Positions 21,066 through 30,067 of a DNA stretch of 64,000 nt are shown here, one piece after another. The stretch's first letter is position 1. Each line of letters begins with the position of its first letter. Source of the DNA: an uncultured Chloroflexota bacterium (GTDB taxonomy: Bacteria > Chloroflexota > UBA11872 > UBA12225); contig CADCTC010000204.1 of the NCBI GenBank assembly GCA_902805635.1, positions 10,903 through 74,902 of the forward strand, written 5' to 3'. The notes below the pieces were generated by a model. It had not been told where the DNA came from, searched no databases, and was given only the letters and a program-made list of their open reading frames with translations. The position numbers and the translations under genes are program-made.

Positions 21066-22708
21066 GCGCGGACAACCTTACTGATGCTCCTACGAATCAG
21101 GGCAGTGGTCAGCTCACGCAGGCGGAACGCTCGCGCGGCAGGATCACGGCGCGGCAGTTGCAGGCTGACCCCGGCCGCAAACGAGGCGACCGCTCTCTCC
21201 AAAGCGTCAAGGGAGCGCGAGTCGGCGTCCCAGGCGGACACGCCAGAGAGCCGGCACAGCATGCCGTGGTGCGCCAGGAAGAGGAAGTGAGCGCGTGCCT
21301 TGCAGCGGCCGAGGGAAAGGCGGAACGTTTGCTCCAAGGCCGAGACTCCGTCAATCTGCCGATGTGCCGAGTCGAGGAGCTCGGCACGCTGGTCGGCAGG
21401 AAGCCAGCGGCGAACGGAGTCGGCGGCCTGGACGTCAAGGGGGGCGTCCGCGGCAGGACGCATGTAGAGGCCGAGCTGGAACGGGGGAATGGCGAGCGGA
21501 GGCTCGACGAGAGTCATGGCGCCATCGCGACGAACGGTCCACGCTGCGGGCACATGGACTGTCACACCGGTCCACTGGTCGGCCAGGGGCCGATCAAACG
21601 GCGGGACGACCAGGCCGACGGGCGCTGACGCAGCCGGTACGGCGCCGAGCGGCAGAGTGAGCGCAGGCGCCTCAACGGGAGCTTCGACGAACGGCGCTGG
21701 TGAGTCGCCGGGGGGTAAACGGACGCCACGAACGTGAACGGCGCCGCCGCACTCGCCCCAACGAGAGATCGCATCCGGCGTCGTAAAGCGAATGGGTCGG
21801 CTGAGGACGACATCCCCGAAGCCGGCATCGTGGAACCACCGGCGGACTTCGGTCTGCGTGTGGACGTGGTTGTACTGAGGTGAATACGCGTCGAACGTGT
21901 CGAACACGAGCGTGGATAGGTCGGCGGCGCTGCGCGCCCCGCTGCCGTCGCAGACTTTCAGCCAGGGGCTGATCAGCCGGTAGACAGCAGGATCACGGAT
22001 GACCAGCAAACGGCACGCGCGGTAGCGCAGCGCGTCGGGCAGGCAGCGGAAGAGGGCGCGCACCATATCGGTAAGCAGGCGGTGGCGGAGGCCTGTCCGC
22101 TCATAGAGCATGACGTAGAGGGTGCCGCCGGGCTTGACCAGGGGAACCAGGCGCTCGAAGGCGGCCCTTGTGCTGACGGTGTGGTGCAGCACCCCCCAGC
22201 TCATCACGAAGTCGAACGACTCCGGAGGGAAGGGCAGGTCGAACAGACTGGCCTGGTAGACCCGCGCGCCAGGAAAGGGAGCAAGCGCGCGCCGGGTGGC
22301 GGTTACGCCCGACTCGGTGAGATCGACCGCTAAGACCTCTGCGCCCATGGCGGCGAGAGCGTAGCTCCATCGGCCGGAGCCGCAGCCGGCGTCGAGGCAG
22401 CGCCTCCCGGCGAACCATTCGCGCGGCAGGCGCACGTCCTGGCAGAGCTCATCCGCGAGCGCCAGGCGGAAGTGGACCCGCTGGGAGTCCTCGTAGCGGG
22501 CGTGTTCGAAGTCGAAGGAACGCTGGACCTGCCGCTCGCCGGCGGCCAGACCGATCAGGAGCCGGGGGACTCCGTCGCGGACGGGGAAGACACGCCCGCA
22601 ACCCAGACAGCGTAACGCAGCCGGTTCGGAGGTCAGACGGCCGCGGCAGGCCGGGCAGACCAGTAGCGCCTCAGCGGGAGCAGCGACTGAAGCGGTGTCG
22701 GTGGTCAT
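21062..22708 (-). CDS. Zinc-ribbon (Trm112-like) plus class I SAM-dependent methyltransferase with a C-terminal domain of about 230 aa of unknown function
   Basis: The zinc ribbon reads LLVCPACRGRL...LRCLGCGRVFPVRDGVPRLL, and motif I is CLDAGCGSGRW. I trimmed the start to ATG 22708 (ATGA overlap with the upstream stop). The 867-aa track ORF is an Arg-rich alternate-frame extension. Confidence 0.8.
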   Translation of the reverse strand: MTTDTASVAAPAEALLVCPACRGRLTSEPAALRCLGCGRVFPVRDGVPRLLIGLAAGERQVQRSFDFEHARYEDSQRVHFRLALADELCQDVRLPREWFAGRRCLDAGCGSGRWSYALAAMGAEVLAVDLTESGVTATRRALAPFPGARVYQASLFDLPFPPESFDFVMSWGVLHHTVSTRAAFERLVPLVKPGGTLYVMLYERTGLRHRLLTDMVRALFRCLPDALRYRACRLLVIRDPAVYRLISPWLKVCDGSGARSAADLSTLVFDTFDAYSPQYNHVHTQTEVRRWFHDAGFGDVVLSRPIRFTTPDAISRWGECGGAVHVRGVRLPPGDSPAPFVEAPVEAPALTLPLGAVPAASAPVGLVVPPFDRPLADQWTGVTVHVPAAWTVRRDGAMTLVEPPLAIPPFQLGLYMRPAADAPLDVQAADSVRRWLPADQRAELLDSAHRQIDGVSALEQTFRLSLGRCKARAHFLFLAHHGMLCRLSGVSAWDADSRSLDALERAVASFAAGVSLQLPRRDPAARAFRLRELTTALIRRSISKVVRA

Positions 22709-24801
22709 CTGGCTGTGGCTTGGGCTGGCAGAGCCGGTCGCGCGGGTTGAAGAACGCGGAACTGGCGCGTCACCAGGAAGGTGACCTGGCAAAGCGCCCA
22801 GGCGAGGATGGCGGCCGCGAACGGGGCAGCCATGTAGGCGTAGCGGACCTGGAAGAGACGGCTCTGCGGCACACCGGCAATGAACCCGATGGGGGGCAGC
22901 ACGCCCACGAGACACAGCGCGAGCGGCAGCCAGTGTGTGCGCCAGAGGCGCCGCCGAGCGAGAAGACCGGCGCAGCCGGCGAAGAAAACCAGCGGCACGA
23001 GCCACGGAGACTCCAGGCCGAGGTAGCCGCCCAGCCCCGCGGTGAACCGCGAGGAAGCACCGGCCACGGCATAGTGGGGAGAGATAAACATCTCCTGGGC
23101 GTAGATGCGGAAGATCCCCCGGGTGGTGTACCAGGCCAGCTGAGGCGGCGAGTGGTAGCTGAACAGGTACTCGGCCGCGGTGACGCGGCGATCTTCCTCG
23201 AATCCCGGCGTGCCAAGCCGGTCGGCGAACTCCTCCTTCCAGTTGGCGGTGGCGATGATCGTGGAGGCAGGAAACGCCTCGCCACGCGAGCGGGCGTACC
23301 CCGCGAAGACCGGTACCAGCACGAGCGCGAGCAGCGCGGCTGTGGCGCCAAGACGAACGAGGCTCCAGCGCTGTGCGACCGCGGCCCAGAGCAGCACGAA
23401 ACCGGCGAACGGCAGCGCGTCTAGGCGGGTGAGGCCCGCAGCGGCGGCGCTCAACGGCGCAAGCCATGACAGCCGCAGCCGGCCGGTGGAAGGCAGCCAG
23501 AGCAGCGCGACCGCGATGGCGAGGAAGACCCCGGTTGCCTCCTCGCGCAGGCCAACTACGCCGTTGCGGACCCACGTGGAGTCGGCGCTCATGAGGTAGG
23601 CGGTAACGGCGCCCGCCGGGCGGCCGAGTAGCGCGGCGACGGCAACCCCACTCACCACCACCCACGCAAGGGAGGAGGCGAGCGAAAAGAAGACGGCGTG
23701 CAGCTCACCGGGACCGAGAAGCGACAGCCAGGCCTGGAGCAGGAAGACGTAGAGGGGCTCGCGGAACCACGTGCTGCCGCCGAAGAACAGCTCCAATCGC
23801 CCGGCGCCTTCGGCTGACATTTTGCGGCCAAGCGAGAGCGCCTCGTCGTAGTAGCTCTGCGCGTCGAGGCTGAGCGGCACCGAGTACTCCGGGCTGACCA
23901 CGAGGTGCTGCCAGCGCCACTGGAACCCGGCGAGAACAGCACCGATGAGCAGCGCGCAGAAGGCTGCACTGTCGAGCGTATGGCGCTGCCCTCGGGCGCC
24001 AGCGCGATGCATGCGGAGCGTGACGAACGCGGCCAGTGTCAGCCACCAGGCGACCATGCCGGCCGGCTCAGCGGACGAGCGTGCGAAGGTGAGAACCAGA
24101 TACCCCACGAATCCCAGTAGCGGAGATATCAAGAACGGGAGAACGTCGTGTGAGACACGTCGGCGTGGAACAGGTGCGTGCGAGGCGCCGTTCGCCAGAG
24201 GATCGGCAGCCGTCCTGGTGGCGGTTATGAAAATTTGCAAACAAGCCGTCGCGAGAGCAGCTGTTGCCGTTACGTAGAGCACGGCAACGATGGCCGGATC
24301 GACTTCCGTCGCGCCGATCCCGGGCGGAGGGGGGCCTAGCAGCAGGTGCGCCAGCGTGGCGAGGCATGGGTCCAACGTATTGCCAAGGACTTGCCAGGCC
24401 ACGTCGCCACCGCCTCGAAGTGTGAGTACGGTCGCGGCAGCAGGCGGAAGGACGGCCAGGGAAACGGGCAGCAGCGCCGCGGCAGCGCGGCGTGACCACA
24501 GCGGCAACCCACCCTTCGCATCGGCAGCGAGCGGCGCGAGGAGAAGCGCAGCCAGCGCGAGTCGGCCGAGCACACCGTTGCCAAGGAACGCTGCACCGGC
24601 GGATGTAGGAGCCGCTCTCAGAGCAAGTAGCGCCACCGGATCTGCCAGCCACAGCGCAGCCGCGCCGCCGGCGACGGCGAGAACGACCTGCCGGTGACGC
24701 GCCAGTAGGTGCCACAGGGTGGCAGTCCAGCCGGGACGGGTGGCGGAAAGCAGCCACACGGCTGCGCCGAGCGCCAGCGACACAGCGGCGGATGGGCTCA
24801 C
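22705..24801 (-). CDS. Polytopic membrane protein, GT-C-like (ArnT/PMT-type) glycosyltransferase module
   Basis: It has more than 10 hydrophobic segments. The loop motif LDAQSYYDEALSL...FREPLYVFLLQAW is present. The C-terminal signature NWKEEFADRLGTPGF...YLFSYH...RGIFRIY is shared with both halves of the 1846-aa protein. The GTG start at 24801 overlaps the upstream stop (GTGA). Confidence 0.65.
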   Translation of the reverse strand: MSPSAAVSLALGAAVWLLSATRPGWTATLWHLLARHRQVVLAVAGGAAALWLADPVALLALRAAPTSAGAAFLGNGVLGRLALAALLLAPLAADAKGGLPLWSRRAAAALLPVSLAVLPPAAATVLTLRGGGDVAWQVLGNTLDPCLATLAHLLLGPPPPGIGATEVDPAIVAVLYVTATAALATACLQIFITATRTAADPLANGASHAPVPRRRVSHDVLPFLISPLLGFVGYLVLTFARSSAEPAGMVAWWLTLAAFVTLRMHRAGARGQRHTLDSAAFCALLIGAVLAGFQWRWQHLVVSPEYSVPLSLDAQSYYDEALSLGRKMSAEGAGRLELFFGGSTWFREPLYVFLLQAWLSLLGPGELHAVFFSLASSLAWVVVSGVAVAALLGRPAGAVTAYLMSADSTWVRNGVVGLREEATGVFLAIAVALLWLPSTGRLRLSWLAPLSAAAAGLTRLDALPFAGFVLLWAAVAQRWSLVRLGATAALLALVLVPVFAGYARSRGEAFPASTIIATANWKEEFADRLGTPGFEEDRRVTAAEYLFSYHSPPQLAWYTTRGIFRIYAQEMFISPHYAVAGASSRFTAGLGGYLGLESPWLVPLVFFAGCAGLLARRRLWRTHWLPLALCLVGVLPPIGFIAGVPQSRLFQVRYAYMAAPFAAAILAWALCQVTFLVTRQFRVLQPARPALPAQATAR

Positions 24802-26522
24802 GCGGCGGGGAGCGCATCCCGCGGGATGGGCGCGACGGGTGCCCCCAGAGCCGGCGGGTTGCCGCGCAGGCGCTCCAGCCACGGCTGAAGCTTGAGGCGC
24901 CGGAACCCGACAAAGCTCATCTTGAAGAGCAGCGGCGCGTGCTCGACGACACGCACTTTTGAGTAGCCTGAGGTCCGGGCGCGGTAGCGGACTGGGACCT
25001 CGACGATGCGGAGACCGAGACGGGCAGCGCCGAAGAGCAGATCGAAGTCGCCGAAGGGATCGAAGTCCCCGAAGTAGCCGCGGTTGGCCGCCAGGCGGTC
25101 GTAGTCGCGCTTGCGCATGACCTTGGTGCCGCACAGCGTGTCCTTGATCGTCTGGCCCAGCAGCCAGGTAAAGAGCACACTGAAAAACTTGTTGCCGAGC
25201 AGGCGGTGGAACATCATGGCCTCGTCTTCCATGGGGTAGACGAGGCGGGTGCCGTTGACGAAGCCGGCCTTGCGGGTGGCGATCGGGGTGAGGAACTTGG
25301 GCAGCTCTTCGGGCGGCACCGTGAGGTCCGAGTCCAGGATGAATAGGACATCCCCGCCGGCGGCCGCAAATCCCTTGCGAACCGCGTCGCCTTTCCCCAG
25401 GCGCAGCATGCGGACCTCGCCGTCAGCCGGCACATGGGCTGTGGGCGACGGCCGGCCGATGGAAAGGGCTGACTGGCCAGAAGGCAGCACGCCGGACCCT
25501 GGGGCGCTCTCGGCCGGTCGCCAGCCGGTGGTGGCTGCGAAGGGGGCGATCTCCGGGGGTGCGGGCCCATTGGGGTCCGGGACCTGGTCGATAAGCTTGA
25601 TGTCGCGCCGGCCGCGGTAGCGCTCGATCTGCTCGAGGATGCGCTCGCGCGTGCGGTCGGTCGAGGCGCCGTCCACGAAGATGACCTCGGTGTGCGTGCC
25701 CAGATCGGGCATCCGGTCGAGGCAGGCGGCGATGTTGTCTTCCTCGTTGCGGCACGGGACGATCACCGAGCAGCTGAGCGCCTCTGCGCGCGGCGGCTGC
25801 TGCGGCTGCACGACCCAATGGGTAGTGAGCCCCATCAGGCGCAGGAACGGCAGGCGAATCAGCCACTGGTTGAACAGGGGACCAAGGACGGGGACGGGCC
25901 GCGGGAGCAACAGACGCGTGTCGCGCGCCAGCGTCGCGTAGTCGGTGAGCAAGAGCACGTTGTCAACGTCGGCCATGCCGAGCCAGTTCTGGGCGCCCTG
26001 GGGCATTTTCAGCCCCAGTCGTTCGGCGGCGGTGAGCGCTACCTGCCAGGCAAAGTTCCAGTAGGTAATGACAATCCTGGTCTGCGGGGTGCAGACTCGA
26101 TGGAGCACCTCCAGCACCAGCTGGATGTCTTCCAGGTGGCCCAGCAAGTCCGAGCAGATCACGTAATCGAAGGTGCCGCGCACCGGTGGCTCGTGAGCGT
26201 CGGCGCGCAGGAACTGGAGCTGCGGGTGGCGTAGGCGCGCCTGGCGCAGCATGCCTTCGCTCACGTCCAGGCCGACCCCAAACGAGGGCTGGACTGCCGC
26301 CAGCAGGTCGCCGACGCCGCAACCGAGCTCGAGGACGCGCGCGCCGGGAGGGATGGTCTGGCGGGCCAGGCGCTCGATCTCGGCGTAATAGAAGTGGTTG
26401 CGCGCGCGCCAGGCAGGGCGGCCGGTAGCGTATCGGTCAAACCACGCGGCGGTGCGCTGCGCGACGCGCACGCGGTGGCCGCGCCGGAAGTCGGTGTCAG
26501 CCGGTGGAGGAACTGAGGTCAC
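24798..26522 (-). CDS. Fusion protein: N-terminal class I SAM methyltransferase plus C-terminal GT2 (polyprenyl-phosphate sugar synthase-like) glycosyltransferase
   Basis: The methyltransferase motif I is ARVLELGCGVGDLL. The GT2 part shows CSVIVPCRNEEDNI...VIFVDGASTDRT and FILDSDLTV. The start is GTG at 26522. Confidence 0.8.
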   Translation of the reverse strand: MTSVPPPADTDFRRGHRVRVAQRTAAWFDRYATGRPAWRARNHFYYAEIERLARQTIPPGARVLELGCGVGDLLAAVQPSFGVGLDVSEGMLRQARLRHPQLQFLRADAHEPPVRGTFDYVICSDLLGHLEDIQLVLEVLHRVCTPQTRIVITYWNFAWQVALTAAERLGLKMPQGAQNWLGMADVDNVLLLTDYATLARDTRLLLPRPVPVLGPLFNQWLIRLPFLRLMGLTTHWVVQPQQPPRAEALSCSVIVPCRNEEDNIAACLDRMPDLGTHTEVIFVDGASTDRTRERILEQIERYRGRRDIKLIDQVPDPNGPAPPEIAPFAATTGWRPAESAPGSGVLPSGQSALSIGRPSPTAHVPADGEVRMLRLGKGDAVRKGFAAAGGDVLFILDSDLTVPPEELPKFLTPIATRKAGFVNGTRLVYPMEDEAMMFHRLLGNKFFSVLFTWLLGQTIKDTLCGTKVMRKRDYDRLAANRGYFGDFDPFGDFDLLFGAARLGLRIVEVPVRYRARTSGYSKVRVVEHAPLLFKMSFVGFRRLKLQPWLERLRGNPPALGAPVAPIPRDALPAA

Positions 26523-27109
26523 GAGTGGTGGGATCTCCCGAAGAGCGGAACCGCCGCAGGCCGGGCGTGAGCCGTTCTAGGACTGCAACGGCTACCAGCA
26601 GCCCGAGGTAGAAGACGGCGAACCAGATAATCCACTCGTTGATGAGCGCGTCCAACCAGGCGCCGGCACCGGGTGAGAACCACGGCTGCCAGGAGGCCGT
26701 GACGGCGGTGAGCGCCGAGGCCACGGCAGCGGCGAGCGCGCCGGGGCTCCAGCCGGTGGCGGCGCGGGACGTGTCGCCTGGATTGGCCGCCGGTGGTGTG
26801 CCACTGGGCGAGGCGCCAGTCGATTCGGCCGGGAGCCGGGCGGATGTATCGTACACGGAACCACAGTTGATACCACAGACCGGCGCACATGGCGCCCAAG
26901 CAACGGACGGCGACGCTCGGCGGGCCGGTAGGTTCAGCCCCGAGCTGAGCGCCGCGGCGCTGGCCACCCTGGTTGCGCTGGCGGGGCTTCAGTTTCCCTC
27001 TCCCGGCGACTGGATGGCGACGTGGGGCGGAGTGCTGGAGCTCGGCGCGTCGCTCTGGATTGTCGGCTTTGTGGGAACGCTGCCCGCGCTCTGGGTGGTT
27101 GAAGGCGGG

Positions 27110-28462
27110 ATGGCGGGATGGATGTCCCGCCGGCGCGGCGTTGACGTGCCCGCCAACCCCGTCTACCAAACCCCCGGCCCCTTCCCTAAAGGGAAGGGGA
27201 GTGAGACAGCGCCGGCAGCGGTGACGCGCGCTCGACGTGGAGCACGGGCAACGGCTGCCTGGGCGGCGCTGCTCCTGGCGATCTGTGTGGTGGAGCTCCT
27301 GCTGCACGAGGGAGAGCGCAACCCGTTCGTAGCAACCAGCCGGCCGGAGAGCGGAGTAGTGGACTGGACGGTCGCGGATGGTTACGCAACGCTGCTAGAC
27401 GGGCACATTGCCCAGGGGGACGGACTATTCCTGTTGCCAATGCTGGGCCTATTCCTAGGCGACCGGCCGCCGGAGCCGAGTGAGTTCGACCGGCGAGCGG
27501 GACACGTGTTCCTGGTCTCGCTGCTGGCACGGCCAGTCGGCGCATACTGGGCGTTTGCAGTGGTGAACCTGCTGAGTTGGTGGGCGGCAAGCCTGAGCGT
27601 CTGGTGGCTGGCGCGCCGGCGGTGGCCGGGTTCGCCGGTGCCCTGGATCGCCGGCCTGCTGACGGCAACCGGCCAGGGGTTCATTTTCATGTCCACGGCG
27701 CCGCAAGCGCACGCGGCGGCGTTCGCGGCGTTCGCGCTGGTACTCGCGCTGGCGGATAGGCTCCGGCTGTGGCGGCGCGAGGCCGGTCTAAGCGCCTGGC
27801 TGCGGCTGGGCTGGGCCGCGGGGGCGGCAGGGCTCATTTACCTGGTGTACCTGCCGTGCTTGTTGTTCTTCTGGCTCTATGGCGTGGCACGCGGACGGCT
27901 GGCGGGACTGGTGCTGGCGACGGCAGCCACGCTGGGTATCGTGGTGACGTGGGAGCGGCTCGCGGCTGCGCTGCTGGGCCTGAGCTTCTCAGGAGGGAAC
28001 AACGACCTGGCGGGGGAGGCGCTGGGCGGCTGGGTCAACCTGGCGCGGGCGAGCGCGGCACACGTTGTGGGGCAGCTGCACCATAGCTCGGTCCGAGGCC
28101 TGATGGTGGGAGCGTTCTACTACCCCTGGTGGGTGCTGGCGGCGTTTGGGCTTGCCGTGAGCACACGAGACGCCCGACGTTGGGGGCTGGCGGTCATGCT
28201 GGCGACGGCGCTGCCGGCGGTGGCATTCACGACGCGGTTCAACTTGCCTCGGGTGGCGTACTTCATGTACCCGGCGCTATACCCGCTGGCGGCCGCCGGG
28301 ATCGTGTGGCTGGCGGGACAGGTCTGCAGACGCTCCCCTGCCGGCCGTTGGGTCGTGGTGGTGGCGCTCACCGGCGGGCTAGTGGCGCTGACCAACCTGG
28401 ACGTAGTGGGGCTGCAGCACCTGGCACTGTGGTTCCACCACTCCAAGGGGCGTGAATGGTGA
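27110..28462 (+). CDS. Family A polytopic membrane protein (paralogue 1), unassigned, possibly GT-C or polymerase-like
   Basis: It shares ERNPF, F(Y/P)YPWW(V/A)LAA(F/I)G and R(V/A)A(Y/F)(F/Y)MYPA(L/V)Y with 30881..32203. The start is uncertain. Candidates are 26639, 27014, 27110, 27122 and GTG 27224; the last fits the paralogue's length best. Confidence 0.6.
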   Translation: MAGWMSRRRGVDVPANPVYQTPGPFPKGKGSETAPAAVTRARRGARATAAWAALLLAICVVELLLHEGERNPFVATSRPESGVVDWTVADGYATLLDGHIAQGDGLFLLPMLGLFLGDRPPEPSEFDRRAGHVFLVSLLARPVGAYWAFAVVNLLSWWAASLSVWWLARRRWPGSPVPWIAGLLTATGQGFIFMSTAPQAHAAAFAAFALVLALADRLRLWRREAGLSAWLRLGWAAGAAGLIYLVYLPCLLFFWLYGVARGRLAGLVLATAATLGIVVTWERLAAALLGLSFSGGNNDLAGEALGGWVNLARASAAHVVGQLHHSSVRGLMVGAFYYPWWVLAAFGLAVSTRDARRWGLAVMLATALPAVAFTTRFNLPRVAYFMYPALYPLAAAGIVWLAGQVCRRSPAGRWVVVVALTGGLVALTNLDVVGLQHLALWFHHSKGREW

Positions 28463-29223
28463 ACGTTTCGCATCAACTGAGCCGGACGCCCCGGTGGGTG
28501 CCGTGGGCTGCATTGGGTGGGGCGGGAGCGTTGAGCGCGATTGGGGCACCGCTTCCCACGGTCATCGCGCGCGTGTTCTTCGTGACGGTGGCAGGTGGGG
28601 CTCTGGTGATGGCGCTGGAGGCGGTGGGGCGCAGGGCGCAACTGCTGGCGGCAGGGGTGCTCCTGGCACTCGTGGTGGTCCAGATGACGGTACGGCGCCC
28701 GCTGGAAACGCCACCGCCGTCGCAATGGACGGTCGAGCTGCCCACGCCCGCCGAGCGGGTTCGGCACACCATTGCGTTGCCACTAGGCAAGGCGCAGTGG
28801 GGGCAGTGGTGGAGCGGCGCGTCCGGGGCGGCGGTGTACGTGTGCGCGCGCGGACCGCTGGAAGAGGCGGACGGGTTGGATCTGGTGCTCAATGACGAGG
28901 TCCTGGGCCGCATTACGCAGACCCACGCGTTTGGCCCACGGCCGCTGCCGACAAGCGTCGGCTTCTACCGCGTGCCGGTGACGCGCGCCGTGCTGGAGCG
29001 GTCGCCATCCGCGGTGTTCGAGCTGCGCCGCGCAGCGGCAGCCACAGCGCGGCCGGTGGAGATCTGCGGCACGTTCACCTACCGGCCGACCGCGGGCCTG
29101 GAGAGCAGCGCATTCTTCGACGGAGCGCGGTGGACGAGTCCCGGCCCGACACAGCGCGGTCGCTACATCGTCGAGCTGCGGATCGAGCGCCTGCCGGGCA
29201 ACGCGCTGGTGGCGCTTTATTGA
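28456..29223 (+). CDS. Family B protein (paralogue 1): N-terminal TM helices plus a beta-rich extracytoplasmic domain of about 170 aa, unknown function
   Basis: It shares FYRVPVTRAVLER / VFELRR / ARWTS / RYIVELR with 30027..30890. The ATG overlaps the upstream stop (ATGGTGA). Confidence 0.65.
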   Translation: MVNVSHQLSRTPRWVPWAALGGAGALSAIGAPLPTVIARVFFVTVAGGALVMALEAVGRRAQLLAAGVLLALVVVQMTVRRPLETPPPSQWTVELPTPAERVRHTIALPLGKAQWGQWWSGASGAAVYVCARGPLEEADGLDLVLNDEVLGRITQTHAFGPRPLPTSVGFYRVPVTRAVLERSPSAVFELRRAAAATARPVEICGTFTYRPTAGLESSAFFDGARWTSPGPTQRGRYIVELRIERLPGNALVALY

Positions 29224-29287
29224 TCGGGGTGTGACCGGTGCATGGCCGGTGCGGCTCCTGCAAATCCACGCGCCGCCGGCGTCGTGT

Positions 29288-30067
29288 TCAGGCGGCAGTC
29301 GGGCGGGAGCCGGCAATGAGCAGCGACCCCGCCAGGTGGGAGATGAGCGGGAGCCGCTCGAGACACGACTCGACGCGCTGGGCGATCAGTACGACCGACG
29401 CTGGGATGATGGGGTGCAAAAAGTCGAACGGGGTCACTTGGTGCACATCGAGGCCGGCGTCCACCAGGAGGCGGCGCGTCTGCGGCGCAAAGAAGGCGGT
29501 TTCATGGGGAGTGTCACCCAACCAGCGTTTAATCGGAGGGACGTTCTTCTGCACGGCAACCTGGGGGTTGAGCATGTTCGGCTCGGTGAAGGCAAAGCGG
29601 CCACCGGGCTTGAGCACGCGGCGCAGCTCGCTCAGTGCGGGGCCAATGCGGAGGTGGTGCAGGACAGCATTGCCGAGAACGGCGTCGAATGCGCCATCGG
29701 GGAAGGGTAGGCGCTCGGCGTCGCCAAGCACGAACCGGGCGCCACCGCCAATGCCGCGCTCGACCGCGACGTGCACAAGGTCGGCCACCAAGTCGAGCGC
29801 CACGAGCGCGGCGCCGCGCTCGGCGAGCCGGGCGGTGTACTCGCCGGTGCCACAGCCGAGCTCGAGGACGCGCGCGCCGGGCTGCACGCGCGCCGCGTCC
29901 AGCAAGAGAGCGCTGCGCCGGCGCACGCGCTCTTGTCCCGCCAGGCCATGCTGCCCCCACACGGCCGCCGCGCGGCCGGCAATTGCGCGTCCGTGCGAGA
30001 GCTCGGCGAGCTTGCGCAGATCGGAATCAGTACCAGATGCCGGCATGCGGGAGTCCATTAGCGTCAT
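29288..30067 (-). CDS. Class I SAM-dependent methyltransferase
   Basis: Motif I is ARVLELGCGTGEY, and AFDAVLGNAVLHH and LKPGGRFAF follow. The start is trimmed to ATG 30067; ATG 30058 and 30046 are also possible. It overlaps the 3' end of the upstream gene. Confidence 0.8.
   Translation of the reverse strand: MTLMDSRMPASGTDSDLRKLAELSHGRAIAGRAAAVWGQHGLAGQERVRRRSALLLDAARVQPGARVLELGCGTGEYTARLAERGAALVALDLVADLVHVAVERGIGGGARFVLGDAERLPFPDGAFDAVLGNAVLHHLRIGPALSELRRVLKPGGRFAFTEPNMLNPQVAVQKNVPPIKRWLGDTPHETAFFAPQTRRLLVDAGLDVHQVTPFDFLHPIIPASVVLIAQRVESCLERLPLISHLAGSLLIAGSRPTAA

Noticed and set aside
22709-23665. The N-terminal 319 aa of the 867-aa track ORF (21062..23665)
   Set aside because: This part is Arg-rich and lies entirely inside the well-behaved membrane-protein frame 22705..24801. 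The methyltransferase begins at ATG 22708 with an ATGA overlap.
24802-25134. The N-terminal 111 aa of the 809-aa track ORF (22705..25134)
   Set aside because: It overlaps the 3' end of the MTase-GT2 gene in another frame and is Arg/Pro-rich. GTG 24801 gives a GTGA coupling junction, and a hydrophobic N-terminal segment follows within a few residues.
29224-29287. A possible bidirectional terminator between the convergent family B gene and the methyltransferase
   Set aside because: I found only a 5-bp ACCGG/CCGGT stem with no T-tract, which is not convincing.
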